IMG/VR virus record: IMGVR_UViG_3300020048_000026
Coordinates: 32,001 to 96,000 of that record
Reading direction: 5' to 3' (one strand)
Origin: a virus
DNA length: 64,000 nt
The translations under genes and the position numbers were made by a program. Under the pieces are notes generated by a model that saw only the letters and a list, made by a program, of their open reading frames with translations, did no database searches and was not told the origin of the DNA. Of this stretch, positions 36,963 to 46,883 are shown piece by piece (the stretch's first letter is position 1; every line of letters starts with the position of its first letter).

Positions 36963-37151
36963 TTAAGGTTCTTTTAATATTTCTATTAATTCATCGTATC
37001 TTTTACGTTCTTCTGGTGTAAAGCTATTAATATGTCTCATTAGTAGTTTACCGAGTTCTTGTTTTAGTTCGTATTGTGGATCTTGTTTAAATTTGTTTAA
37101 TAATTTTTCAAGATATGCTTCGTATTCTTCTTCTGTTGGTTCTTTTTTCAT
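36963..37151 (-). CDS. Hypothetical protein
   Basis: 62-aa ORF. Confidence 0.55.
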   Translation of the reverse strand: MKKEPTEEEYEAYLEKLLNKFKQDPQYELKQELGKLLMRHINSFTPEERKRYDELIEILKEP

Positions 37152-38194
37152 AGTATTTCTTCTCCTATATTTCGGTATATAAATTTTGAATTATTGACAA
37201 TTTTCATCATTTCCTGTAAATTTTTTGTAGCGATAATAAAACCATGATTTTTTAAATTTATCGCAAAATTTCCTTGATGGAATTGTTCTTTTATTTCTTG
37301 TACTTCTCTTAAATCTCCACATGGGTAATAATGATTAGTGAATGGTGCTGATTCTATGTATGCGTGTCCGTGAATTATATAATTGATATTAAAGTTATTA
37401 TAAAGTTGTAATTGTACAGGTGTATCTACGCTGGGTTTGGCTGAAGGATTATTAGAATTGTAGTATATATCAGCATTTAGAGTTGGTGCTGCGTTTATTT
37501 TCAATATTGGTAAACGGTACAAGGATGAAGTTACAAAATCTTCTGGTGTAATTCTATCTTTTGCGATATTTCTTGCTGATACTAGGATGCTATAGTCTGT
37601 TCTTGCGGATGGAAACATTTTGGAGCATCTTGTTGATGCGTTTCCAAAGTATCTACCTCCTCTTTCGTTTTCAACTTTATCTGCGACGATTTTGATAATA
37701 TCGCAGAATTCTTGTAGGGGATAATCAATTTTTAATTGTGTATTTTTTTCGGATTTTACTCTTATTGATTGTTTTGACCAATTATAGAGTTTTAATATTG
37801 AGTCTGATAATTCTTTTAAGTCAGTTGTCTTGCACCATTGGTTTCCGAGTGCGTCAACAAATTGAAATGAAAATGGTTTGGTTGTGTTATTTATTGCGAT
37901 AACAGCGTTTGCGTTCATTTTGAATACTCTACTAACAGCGTCTCCGATATTACGATTTTCTCTTAGTACTTTGGAGCAGATTAGAACTGAGCCTATATCT
38001 TTTTTTGGATAAGTTTTTTCTATTTCGTTATCAATATTTGGTATCCAGATAATTAGGTCGTAGCCATGTAAATCAATATCAAGTGTAGTTCCACCGTTTA
38101 TGATTTCGCCACCTAAATTTTGGTGTAATTTTGTTGCTACTGATGATGGTTTTGGTGTTTCTCCAAAATTTCCGCTCACTATAATGCTTTTCAT
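37148..38194 (-). CDS. Class II aldolase/adducin-domain protein
   Basis: GNAS, KPSVDTPVQ, IIHGHAY, LKNHGFII metal-binding pattern. Confidence 0.7.
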   Translation of the reverse strand: MKSIIVSGNFGETPKPSSVATKLHQNLGGEIINGGTTLDIDLHGYDLIIWIPNIDNEIEKTYPKKDIGSVLICSKVLRENRNIGDAVSRVFKMNANAVIAINNTTKPFSFQFVDALGNQWCKTTDLKELSDSILKLYNWSKQSIRVKSEKNTQLKIDYPLQEFCDIIKIVADKVENERGGRYFGNASTRCSKMFPSARTDYSILVSARNIAKDRITPEDFVTSSLYRLPILKINAAPTLNADIYYNSNNPSAKPSVDTPVQLQLYNNFNINYIIHGHAYIESAPFTNHYYPCGDLREVQEIKEQFHQGNFAINLKNHGFIIATKNLQEMMKIVNNSKFIYRNIGEEIL

Positions 38195-38351
38195 TTTTTT
38201 GTATTTAATTTGTGTCGGTATAAGTCTAACATAAAACTATTCCAATAGTTTTCGCCTTCAAATTTAAAGTCTTGTCCATTCCAACGAATATAAATGGAGA
38301 ATTTATCTCCATTTATATAGAATTTTTTGAAATTTATATAGACTTTTCGTT

Positions 38352-38885
38352 TCATAGTAATTCTCTTCTTTTTTTAATGAGGTCTGTCAATTCTTTTACA
38401 AAATCACTATTAACTTCTTCTGCCATTGGTATAATATATTTTTCGGTTTGGTCTAAGTAAGAAGCAATTTTCATGTTTGTGTGTGTGTCTAAGTGTAAAT
38501 CAGTAAGGTTGCTGATTCTATCTGCACATTTCAATCTTTTAGCGTTTAAACTTCCATTTAAAACTCTGTTGAGGTATTCTTCTTTTGTTTCGTTATCTCT
38601 TTTTGTTACTTCAAGAATTAACTCAACGACTGCTGGTCCATCGCTATCAATTTGGCAAATTTCGTCAAGATGTGGATCACTCCAATCTTCTACTATATCG
38701 TGAAGCATTGATGCTTTCAGAAGAACAGGATTATCGTAATACTTATAATCAAAGAGTATTCCGAGTGTTGCAAATTGGTGTCTAAATTGATTTCCACCAA
38801 CTTTACGTTTTACTCCTATTAAAGCGGTTGACTTTAACATATAGGGTGCGAGGCACAGGTCTATTAAACATCTTAACTGATCCAT
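38352..38885 (-). CDS. HD-domain hydrolase (RelA/SpoT hydrolase, small alarmone hydrolase-like)
   Basis: MLHDIVED, EVTK, KCADRISNL; TATCTTTG box at 38906-38913. Confidence 0.8.
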   Translation of the reverse strand: MDQLRCLIDLCLAPYMLKSTALIGVKRKVGGNQFRHQFATLGILFDYKYYDNPVLLKASMLHDIVEDWSDPHLDEICQIDSDGPAVVELILEVTKRDNETKEEYLNRVLNGSLNAKRLKCADRISNLTDLHLDTHTNMKIASYLDQTEKYIIPMAEEVNSDFVKELTDLIKKRRELL

Positions 38886-38967
38886 AATATTAGTTTTTAG
38901 AACAACAAAGATACAACAAATATTTTGATTAAAAAATTAATATATAATAAAAAGGTATCAAAATATT

Positions 38968-39294
38968 ATGAAAATACAAAAATTTAATGAATCATCTGAA
39001 GAAAGTCACAAAAGTTGGAGTAAAGAAAGATTAACTCAACATATAAATGAGAGAGATTATTTACAAGAAGTTTTAAAAAAATATTTATTTTGGAAATCTG
39101 GTGCAGATCCTTCTGAAACTGCATATGATGTTGATAATTATTTTTTAGATTATAAAAACAAGTTCTGTATAAGTTATGAAGATGGTGATCGTGAAAATTT
39201 GGTTGTTCGTGTTCAAGAAAAAGATTTTGATGAATTAATAATGTTTTTGAATAATCCTGAAATGATGATGAATTCAAAAAAGTATAATTTATGA
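38968..39294 (+). CDS. Hypothetical protein (MKIQKFNE...KKYNL)
   Basis: Shared terminal motifs; AATATATA upstream. Confidence 0.7.
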   Translation: MKIQKFNESSEESHKSWSKERLTQHINERDYLQEVLKKYLFWKSGADPSETAYDVDNYFLDYKNKFCISYEDGDRENLVVRVQEKDFDELIMFLNNPEMMMNSKKYNL

Positions 39295-39626
39295 AATATA
39301 TAAAATTATTTGAGGGTCGTAAACCATTTTCTGAGAAGTATAAAGGAGGAGATTTGCTTTTAGTTGATTTTAAGGCTATTGTATATAATAAAACTTGGTA
39401 TAAGAAAGATGGTTCTCCTCCGCTTGTTTTTCCTAATAATGTAGTAGAAGTTATAGGTTACACAGATTATATAAAAAGTTATTTATGTCGTTCAGTTATC
39501 AACGGTATAAATATTAATGTTCAATCAAATAAAATTATTCAAAAAATTGAAAGAGATAGTCCATTTTTACAACAAATGCTAGATGATATTGCATTTCATA
39601 AAGAAGTCAGTAAATATAATTTATAA
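39291..39626 (+). CDS. Hypothetical protein (MKYIKLFE...SKYNL)
   Basis: Shared terminal motifs. Confidence 0.7.
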   Translation: MKYIKLFEGRKPFSEKYKGGDLLLVDFKAIVYNKTWYKKDGSPPLVFPNNVVEVIGYTDYIKSYLCRSVINGININVQSNKIIQKIERDSPFLQQMLDDIAFHKEVSKYNL

Positions 39627-40592
39627 TTTTATTTTACCTTTATTTTCAGTTATTACTTTCAATTCATAATTTTTTATTATTTCATCGTAAACTTGGTCTG
39701 TTGTTGGATGACATTTATAAATAAGAGGGTCTGGATCAACATCTTGACCTATTGTAGAATGATTTTCTAAACAGAATGAAACAGGAGCCATGATATTATG
39801 TTTTCCATTATGTGCGATATTATATTTCATATCTGATGCGCAAAATAAATTACAACTACCTAAGACATAAGAATATTTATAATCTTGTGAACCGTTTCTA
39901 TAAGGTGCTCTAAAATGTGGATTTATAGAACTTCCTAATTGAACTATATGTGTATCTGTTGTACCTGCAAAATGTAGAATTCCTGAGTCCATAGTTACAA
40001 TCATATTTGCTTTATCTAAGATATGCCATGTTTGATGAATATCTATTTGATTAATTAAGTTTAATCCATTTTTTATATCTAATTCATAAACAGGTTTTTG
40101 TATATGGTAAGTACCATATTCTTTTGAATCTTTTCCTATAGCAACAACTGGTATATTTATATCATTTAATCTATTTACCAATTCTTGCCATCTTTCTTTT
40201 TCCCAAGTTCTTGATGTCCAGGTTTTTACTGGATGTATAACTATATAGTTATCTGGTAGATTTATTGGAATGAAAGGGTCTGGATAGAATTCTATTTGCA
40301 TTTCATCGGGTAGTAGTTGAAATCCGGAATTTAATGAGTGTAATTGTCTAATATCTACTCTAGTGTGTATTAGTTTATCTGTTTGAAATGTTTCAATTAA
40401 GGTATCTCCTTCTTCTATATTATAGTTATCTGAGAGAGTTATATATGAAAAATTTTTAAATAATTCAGGTTGGTAGGTAAACACATGAATATTTTTGTTA
40501 TATATTTTATTAAGATGTTTAATAGTAGGAATTGCGCATAAGGTATCACCGAGGCTTCTTGAACCTATGAGAACCAATATTTTATTAGTCAT
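39621..40592 (-). CDS. Glycosyltransferase family 9 (heptosyltransferase-like)
   Basis: SLGDTLCAIP, IVIHP...RTW, VTMDSGILHFAG. Confidence 0.85.
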   Translation of the reverse strand: MTNKILVLIGSRSLGDTLCAIPTIKHLNKIYNKNIHVFTYQPELFKNFSYITLSDNYNIEEGDTLIETFQTDKLIHTRVDIRQLHSLNSGFQLLPDEMQIEFYPDPFIPINLPDNYIVIHPVKTWTSRTWEKERWQELVNRLNDINIPVVAIGKDSKEYGTYHIQKPVYELDIKNGLNLINQIDIHQTWHILDKANMIVTMDSGILHFAGTTDTHIVQLGSSINPHFRAPYRNGSQDYKYSYVLGSCNLFCASDMKYNIAHNGKHNIMAPVSFCLENHSTIGQDVDPDPLIYKCHPTTDQVYDEIIKNYELKVITENKGKIKL

Positions 40593-40647
40593 AATTAAAC
40601 AAATATTTTAATTTAAACTATATCAAATTACAAATAAAGTTTATAAA

Positions 40648-41829
40648 ATGGGTGAAATTTTAGACCTTGATAGGGAATATATCAAGTCAAAGATTCAAGA
40701 GATATTGAATCAAGTGCATGTTGAGCCACAAAAAAGGTATATTAAAGATTATCCTGAAAGGTTAAATATGGCTTGTCCAATTTGTGGTGATTCGGAAAAG
40801 CAGATGACTAAAAAGAGGGGTAATTTATATCTTAAGAATATGCAGTTTATATGTTTTAATGAATCTGGATGTAATCGTTCTTTTCTTAAATTGCTTAAAA
40901 CATTCAATATTGATATTGATATGCAAAAAAAGTTAGATATTTATAATTATATAGATACTAATATTAGGTATAAGAAAGAGGATAATTTTGTAATTAACAA
41001 GTTGGATAGGTTGATTGATATTGATTTTCTTCTTGAGAACTTTAATAATAATCCACAGACTCAATTTTCTAAATTTTCTCCAATAAAGGTTAATTCAGCG
41101 GCTTATCAGTATTTAAAGTTTGATAGATTAATAGAGAATTTTGATAATATTTATGAAGCGGAATATTCTTTATCTCCAAAATGGAAAGAGAAGGTAATAG
41201 TTTTGCTGAATAAATCTGGTAAGAAGGTATTAGGTTTACAGATTAGAAATTTAAAACCTGGTGATAAGAGATTTTTCAAGACGTTTAATTTTGAGAAGTT
41301 GCATAATATGTTGCATCCTGAAGATCCTTTAGATGAGATAGAGGCAGTTTCGTATAACAAGATTTCAAATTTTTACAATATACTGAATGTTGATTGGGAT
41401 CAGCCTGTTACTATTTTTGAAGGATATTTAGATAGTATATTTTATCCAAATTCTATTGGTGCTATTGGTATTAATTCTATGGAAGAAATGAATTTTTTAA
41501 TGAGTGAAGATTTAGATATTCAATTCTTTTTTGATCAAGATAATATAGGTGTTCGTAAAGCTGCTTCTATGCTAAATAAGGGTAATAAGGTATTTTTATG
41601 GCAAAAGTTAGTTGAAGATTTGATTAGAAACAAAAAAGATAAGTATCAAGCAAAGAGTTATTCACTTAAAATCAAGGATTTGAATAAGTTAGTTCAGGAG
41701 ATGAAGAATCCTGATCCATATACTAAATTAAAATTGAGTAAATATTTTTCAAATGATTTATTTGATAAACTTTATTTAGATGATACTTTATACCCTAAGA
41801 ATGAGGTAAAAAAGACTAAAAAGTATTAA
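40648..41829 (+). CDS. DNA primase, T4 gp61-like
   Basis: CPICGDS...KRG...CFNESGC zinc finger; TOPRIM IFEGYLDS and FFDQD; KDLN. Confidence 0.9.
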   Translation: MGEILDLDREYIKSKIQEILNQVHVEPQKRYIKDYPERLNMACPICGDSEKQMTKKRGNLYLKNMQFICFNESGCNRSFLKLLKTFNIDIDMQKKLDIYNYIDTNIRYKKEDNFVINKLDRLIDIDFLLENFNNNPQTQFSKFSPIKVNSAAYQYLKFDRLIENFDNIYEAEYSLSPKWKEKVIVLLNKSGKKVLGLQIRNLKPGDKRFFKTFNFEKLHNMLHPEDPLDEIEAVSYNKISNFYNILNVDWDQPVTIFEGYLDSIFYPNSIGAIGINSMEEMNFLMSEDLDIQFFFDQDNIGVRKAASMLNKGNKVFLWQKLVEDLIRNKKDKYQAKSYSLKIKDLNKLVQEMKNPDPYTKLKLSKYFSNDLFDKLYLDDTLYPKNEVKKTKKY

Positions 41830-42496
41830 ATAATAGTCCAACACCGTGAATTTGTTGGTTATTAGTTTGGTATGTATATTCTTTATATTTTTTTCCTTCT
41901 TTAATTTCGTTCCAAAATTTTACTACACCTGGACATTTGCTATCGTTGATATCGTGAAACATAACAATTTTAGCATATTGTCCCATATTTTTATAATCTG
42001 TTGATACTCCTTCGTATGAATGATCAGCATCAATGAATGTTAAATCAAATGATTCGCCTTTAAAATCTTTGCTTGTACCAAGGTGGAAATTAATATATTT
42101 TTTAATATCTTCTGTTAGTCTATCTTTATAATCTATTCCAATAGATTTTAAATTTGGATTTTTAAGTTTTAAGAGTTCTGATATTAATAAGTATGAACCT
42201 CCTTTACATATTCCAACTTCGGCATATGAATTTATATCATATTTTAATAGTTCTAAAAGTGCGTCTGCAATTTGTCTAGGTGTTTGCCATATTGCTTCTT
42301 CGTTTATATTTTTAATTATAAAATTATTCCATTCACCGTAGCCATCTCTATCTTCATAAAACATACCATAATCACATACAAGTTTAATAATATCAGTATC
42401 TTTAATAGAATTTATTTCTAATTTTGATATATTATTGATTAAAATTTCATTTTTACTTGTTGGATATTTTTCTTGAAACTCATTAAATTTTTTCAT
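41816..42496 (-). CDS. Class I SAM-dependent methyltransferase
   Basis: YAEVGICKGGS, FIDADHSYEGV, MFHD. Confidence 0.85.
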   Translation of the reverse strand: MKKFNEFQEKYPTSKNEILINNISKLEINSIKDTDIIKLVCDYGMFYEDRDGYGEWNNFIIKNINEEAIWQTPRQIADALLELLKYDINSYAEVGICKGGSYLLISELLKLKNPNLKSIGIDYKDRLTEDIKKYINFHLGTSKDFKGESFDLTFIDADHSYEGVSTDYKNMGQYAKIVMFHDINDSKCPGVVKFWNEIKEGKKYKEYTYQTNNQQIHGVGLLFNTF

Positions 42497-42594
42497 ATTT
42501 TTTGTTGTTTTTTAAAATTCCATAAACTTTATTTAGAATTACATTTATATATTATAAAATTGTAGTACATTTTTTTAATTAGAAAAAATAAAAC

Positions 42595-42885
42595 ATGAAG
42601 CAAATAGAGATTGATAATTTAATTAGAATAAAAACAGAGGCTGATATTTTGAAACTTTATCCGAAGGCAATTCAAATTCAGAAAAAATTACAATTCGTGT
42701 TTTATAATATAAAGCCAAATGTTTGGATTAAATGCTTTTATATGATGAAAGATGGTACATGTTGCCGTGATTATACTTTTGCTAATACAGGTGATGTAAA
42801 TCAAAATTTTCTTAGTTTAGAATCTATATATAGTGGTAGTGAAGCCAAAGAAGATTATAAATATATTTGGAAATATAAAAAATAA
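42595..42885 (+). CDS. Hypothetical protein
   Basis: 96-aa ORF. Confidence 0.6.
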   Translation: MKQIEIDNLIRIKTEADILKLYPKAIQIQKKLQFVFYNIKPNVWIKCFYMMKDGTCCRDYTFANTGDVNQNFLSLESIYSGSEAKEDYKYIWKYKK

Positions 42886-42894
42886 AATAAAACA

Positions 42895-43074
42895 ATGCCA
42901 TTAGCACATTTTGGTGGACCAAATGCTTTTACTTGTCGTATATGTCATACGTATGTAGATTCTTTGATAAAAGGAATTCTTTTCACACAAGAGGCGGAAT
43001 ATTATTTTATTTGTCAAAATTGTCATAATATAAAGCAAAGAAAAGAAAAATTACAAAAAATAATTAAAAAATGA
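42895..43074 (+). CDS. Small zinc-finger protein (missed by ORF track)
   Basis: 59 aa; CRIC...CQNC; RKEKLQKI tail; TGA overlaps infC ATG. Confidence 0.65.
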   Translation: MPLAHFGGPNAFTCRICHTYVDSLIKGILFTQEAEYYFICQNCHNIKQRKEKLQKIIKK

Positions 43075-43592
43075 GACAAAAAGAAGCACAGCATAGAATT
43101 AATCAATTAATAAGAGGTTCAAGTGTAAGGCTTGTTGGTGAGAATGTAGAAAACGGTGTTTTTGATATTAGAACAGCATTAAAAATTGCACAGGAAATGG
43201 AATTAGATTTAGTAGAAATATCTAATGGTAATACACCTCCAATTTGCAAAATAATTGATTATCAAAAGTTTCTTTATGATAAAAAGAAAAAGGATAAAGA
43301 GCAGAAGAAAAAACAAAAGCAAAATCAAATTTTAGTAAAGGAGATTAGATTAACTCCTAATACAGATGATCATGATTTTAATTTTAAGTTAGAACATGCT
43401 AAAAACTTTTTAAATGATAAAAATAGAGTATTAGTTTCGGTATTCTTTAAAGGAAGAGAAATTAATTACAAAGAGCAGGGTGAATTAATATTACTTAAAT
43501 TTGCAGATCAATTGAAAGATATTGGTGTGCCTGAGAATTTACCTAAATTAGAAGGTAAGAGAATGCAAATAACCATGAAACCAAAAAAATAA
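43071..43592 (+). CDS. infC: Translation initiation factor IF-3
   Basis: HRINQLI, LDLVEIS, PPICKIIDYQKF, VKEIRLTPNTDDHD, FKGRE, PKLEGKRM. Confidence 0.97.
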   Translation: MRQKEAQHRINQLIRGSSVRLVGENVENGVFDIRTALKIAQEMELDLVEISNGNTPPICKIIDYQKFLYDKKKKDKEQKKKQKQNQILVKEIRLTPNTDDHDFNFKLEHAKNFLNDKNRVLVSVFFKGREINYKEQGELILLKFADQLKDIGVPENLPKLEGKRMQITMKPKK

Positions 43593-43593
43593 A

Positions 43594-43890
43594 ATGGAAT
43601 TAAAATCTATAACTAATTTAGATGAAATTTTAACTAATTTTCATTTTGATAAAATATATTGCTCAGAAGATTTTTTCAAAAAAATTGTAGAAAAATATTT
43701 CTTTATCACAAATGGTGAAATTACTTTAGATGGTTGGAGTGATAGTAGAATGGGACATATTATATTTAAAAATAAATCAATAGATTTGTATCTTGATTTT
43801 TCAATGAGTTCAAAAATAATATTAGGATATCAAAACATAAAGAGTGAAAGAAAGGTTAAGTTAGACGGAATTTATAATAGTACCAACTAA
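43594..43890 (+). CDS. Hypothetical protein with RKVKL tail
   Basis: 98-aa ORF. Confidence 0.6.
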   Translation: MELKSITNLDEILTNFHFDKIYCSEDFFKKIVEKYFFITNGEITLDGWSDSRMGHIIFKNKSIDLYLDFSMSSKIILGYQNIKSERKVKLDGIYNSTN

Positions 43891-44871
43891 TATTTTCATT
43901 TCTTCTTCGTTTCTTGCTAACTTAGAAATGTGAGGAAAATTCCACATAGAAAAATCTGAAAATTTCCAATCTTTTTCATTCATCCAAACGAATATAGGTT
44001 TATTCATAAATGATGTGGTTTGTAATTCTGCGTAAGTTCCTGCTGCTCCAGCAATATTTAATCCTAAGAATATAGCATCTACAACTCTTACAAGATGTTC
44101 ATCACCAGGTTCAATACTTCTTGATAATGTTTTTCTAATATCGGTCATAGTTGGTTCATATTCTTCTGGTGCTGTATTTTGACCAAATGTCTTATATTTT
44201 CCTGCGCCTGCTGCAAAAGCCATATCTTTTGTTCTATCAATTTCTTTTCTGATTGGATTAAGAATTAATGGTGAATCGTACATTTTTTTTATTTTTGATG
44301 GGTTTTCTAAAAACATATCAACATAGACACCATCAACGACTCTTTTTGGTTGAACCATTCCAAATTCTTTTAGGTCAACTTTTGGCACATCAGGTGATTT
44401 ACCAGGATATATTTCAAATTCGTGTTCTACTTCAATTCTCCAGCCTGCACCAACGTCTTTAGCTTTATCCATACCACCGGCTAAGTATAATGCTTCTAAT
44501 TTGAAGCCAGGGTGGTTTTTGAATACATCATCAAGAGAAGTTAAGTCAAAAATATTTAATTTTTCAGCTAATGCTAAATAGAAATCTTGTTTTCTATTGA
44601 TGAGATATTTCCACATTCTATCATCAATATCTTTTCTGAATTTTATACGAAGTTTAGATATCATATCAGTAACAAAGTTTTCATTTAAACTTTCGTTTTG
44701 AGTTCCCATTTTTTCAATAGCGTCTCTAAGTTCTATAATTTCTTCTGTTGGTACTTTTTCTAGATATTCTATCATTTTGATGATATCATTGAGCATCAGA
44801 GAGTATCCCGAAGCGTTAGTATCATCAAAAGATTCGTTTAAAAATTGTCCATAGTTTGTGATAATTTTCAT
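43861..44871 (-). CDS. Nucleoside 2-deoxyribosyltransferase-like fold protein (start revised to MKIITNY)
   Basis: LYLAGGMD...GWR and AGTYAEL...KPIFVW motifs. Confidence 0.5.
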   Translation of the reverse strand: MKIITNYGQFLNESFDDTNASGYSLMLNDIIKMIEYLEKVPTEEIIELRDAIEKMGTQNESLNENFVTDMISKLRIKFRKDIDDRMWKYLINRKQDFYLALAEKLNIFDLTSLDDVFKNHPGFKLEALYLAGGMDKAKDVGAGWRIEVEHEFEIYPGKSPDVPKVDLKEFGMVQPKRVVDGVYVDMFLENPSKIKKMYDSPLILNPIRKEIDRTKDMAFAAGAGKYKTFGQNTAPEEYEPTMTDIRKTLSRSIEPGDEHLVRVVDAIFLGLNIAGAAGTYAELQTTSFMNKPIFVWMNEKDWKFSDFSMWNFPHISKLARNEEEMKILVGTIINSV

Positions 44872-44887
44872 ATTTTTGTTTTTATTT

Positions 44888-45403
44888 TTATAAGTTATAT
44901 TTTTCTGCTTCTCTACGAGAAATGATAGCTTTATTAAATATATTAGTATTATTATTAATTTTCTGTTGTATTTCTTCATTTATAAAAAAATCTAATAAAT
45001 CTTTTAAAAGATAAGATGAAACTAATATCATTGAAACACCCTGATAATTTATTTCTAACCTCCAAGCACCATATCTATAATTTATTTTAATTGGTATTTC
45101 ATTTAATTTATATTCATAAGTTAATGATGCACTTCTTGTACTATCTTGATAAGTCACTAAGTCTGAATCATTGTGATGTATGGATAGATTTTTAATATCA
45201 AAATTATTTTTAATATCTGAAATCAATTCAATCATATCTTGATCTGATTCTTTCGCATTTTTTTTAGGTTTTGGTAATTCAATTTCTTCAGAAGAATCTG
45301 TCTTTTCTATATTCTTACTTTTTTTATCACCAAATTTAAAAAAATCTTTAAGTCCTTCAAATATTAAATGATTTTTATAGCTATCGTATTTTTTTACTTT
45401 CAT
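44888..45403 (-). CDS. Hypothetical protein (EKYNL family)
   Basis: Shared terminal motifs. Confidence 0.65.
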   Translation of the reverse strand: MKVKKYDSYKNHLIFEGLKDFFKFGDKKSKNIEKTDSSEEIELPKPKKNAKESDQDMIELISDIKNNFDIKNLSIHHNDSDLVTYQDSTRSASLTYEYKLNEIPIKINYRYGAWRLEINYQGVSMILVSSYLLKDLLDFFINEEIQQKINNNTNIFNKAIISRREAEKYNL

Positions 45404-45404
45404 A

Positions 45405-45659
45405 TTAGTTGTTATGTTTATTATAATATTTATGTACTGTATAATTAAACCAATTTCTTGCTACCAAATTTGATTCTATTGTATATAGTAAAAGTGATTT
45501 TATTTTGTTTAAAAAATCAAATGTCATTTGATTCTGAAACATAACATTTGAAAATGAATTTTTGATTAAATTTTCTTCATAATCAAATCCACTTTCAATT
45601 TTATCGTTCATGTGTTTTAATTCATATAATTCTTTTATTTGAGTATCTTTTTCTATCAT
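45405..45659 (-). CDS. Hypothetical protein
   Basis: 84-aa ORF. Confidence 0.6.
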   Translation of the reverse strand: MIEKDTQIKELYELKHMNDKIESGFDYEENLIKNSFSNVMFQNQMTFDFLNKIKSLLLYTIESNLVARNWFNYTVHKYYNKHNN

Positions 45660-45892
45660 TATAAATTATATTTTTTTGCATCTTTTGCATACACTAATCT
45701 TTCTTTTAATTCTTTCATTTTTTCTATAATTTTGTCAATATCAATTTTTTCAAGCGGTATTTTACTAATGTTATTAACAGCCATATTTAATATCGTTACT
45801 TGACTATGTATAGTGTGTGATAATTTTATTGTATAATCATCTAAATTTTGATTATTAGATTCATTAATATTATCAAACTTTTTAATTTTCAT
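45659..45892 (-). CDS. Hypothetical protein (KKYNL family)
   Basis: Shared terminal motifs. Confidence 0.65.
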   Translation of the reverse strand: MKIKKFDNINESNNQNLDDYTIKLSHTIHSQVTILNMAVNNISKIPLEKIDIDKIIEKMKELKERLVYAKDAKKYNL

Positions 45893-46353
45893 AAATTATA
45901 TTTTTTTGCTGATCTTCTTACTGGATCAATTTTAGAAATAACCTTATCTAATTTTTCTTTTTCCTTAATTTTTTTATATTCTATATCAATATTATATATA
46001 AATTCACACAAATAGTCATATTCATCTTTTGTGATACTTAACGTAGATGTAGGTCCACCACCTTCCTCAAAAGTAATATAATATATAGTATATTTGTTTT
46101 GATTTTTTTTATTTATTGTAATTTTTTTATATTCTTCCTTCCAATTATCCGCCCAAACTCCATTTTTACTTAAAGAAAAATCAACTTGCATATAATCAAG
46201 ATCTATAGAATTGATATCATCAAAATTATCTTCTATATATTCTACAGTAAATTTTACAATATCACTAAATTCTGGTTTTTTATCACCATAATTAACATTA
46301 ACATCGTCGGTTGCAGTGCTTGTCCAAGTTTCAAAAACTTTTAAATGTTTCAT
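45889..46353 (-). CDS. Hypothetical protein (MKHLKVFE...KKYNL)
   Basis: Shared terminal motifs. Confidence 0.7.
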   Translation of the reverse strand: MKHLKVFETWTSTATDDVNVNYGDKKPEFSDIVKFTVEYIEDNFDDINSIDLDYMQVDFSLSKNGVWADNWKEEYKKITINKKNQNKYTIYYITFEEGGGPTSTLSITKDEYDYLCEFIYNIDIEYKKIKEKEKLDKVISKIDPVRRSAKKYNL

Positions 46354-46883
46354 GCTGTCAATTTGTCTTTTTTATCTGACCAAATATAATAACCATTGTA
46401 TTCATTTTCATATGTCATTTCACCTAATGATGATATTACATTTAATGCTGTATCAAAAGTTATGGTTTGTTGAAATGAATATTTAACTGCTTCTTTATCA
46501 ACGAATGATAATGGTTTCATTTTTATACCAAAAACATCTATCATATCAGGAAGTTCTGAGTAGAATTCTGATAAACCGAATGTTACTAAATTTTCTCTGA
46601 TATTTTCTAAATCTTCTTTATCAAAAATCATACATTTGAATACAACTCTTTCAGTACCAAGAATATCACCTGATAAATCATTAATTTTATAAAGATGTTT
46701 CTTTTTATCAATCATATCAATATATTGTTCATATGATTTATAATATTCAACAAGAACTTTTGTATATTTTGCACTTGCTGTTTTTATATTATAGAAAAAT
46801 TCATCTAATTTTACATTAGGAATTTGAAATTCATAGAGTGAATTCCATTCTGTGAATTTTGTTATATTTAGTGTTTCTTTCAT
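46350..46883 (-). CDS. Hypothetical protein
   Basis: 177-aa ORF. Confidence 0.65.
   Translation of the reverse strand: MKETLNITKFTEWNSLYEFQIPNVKLDEFFYNIKTASAKYTKVLVEYYKSYEQYIDMIDKKKHLYKINDLSGDILGTERVVFKCMIFDKEDLENIRENLVTFGLSEFYSELPDMIDVFGIKMKPLSFVDKEAVKYSFQQTITFDTALNVISSLGEMTYENEYNGYYIWSDKKDKLTA

Noticed and set aside
36572-37021. 149-aa plus-strand ORF and similar antisense ORFs elsewhere
   Set aside because: Antisense to well-supported genes such as smpB; no motifs
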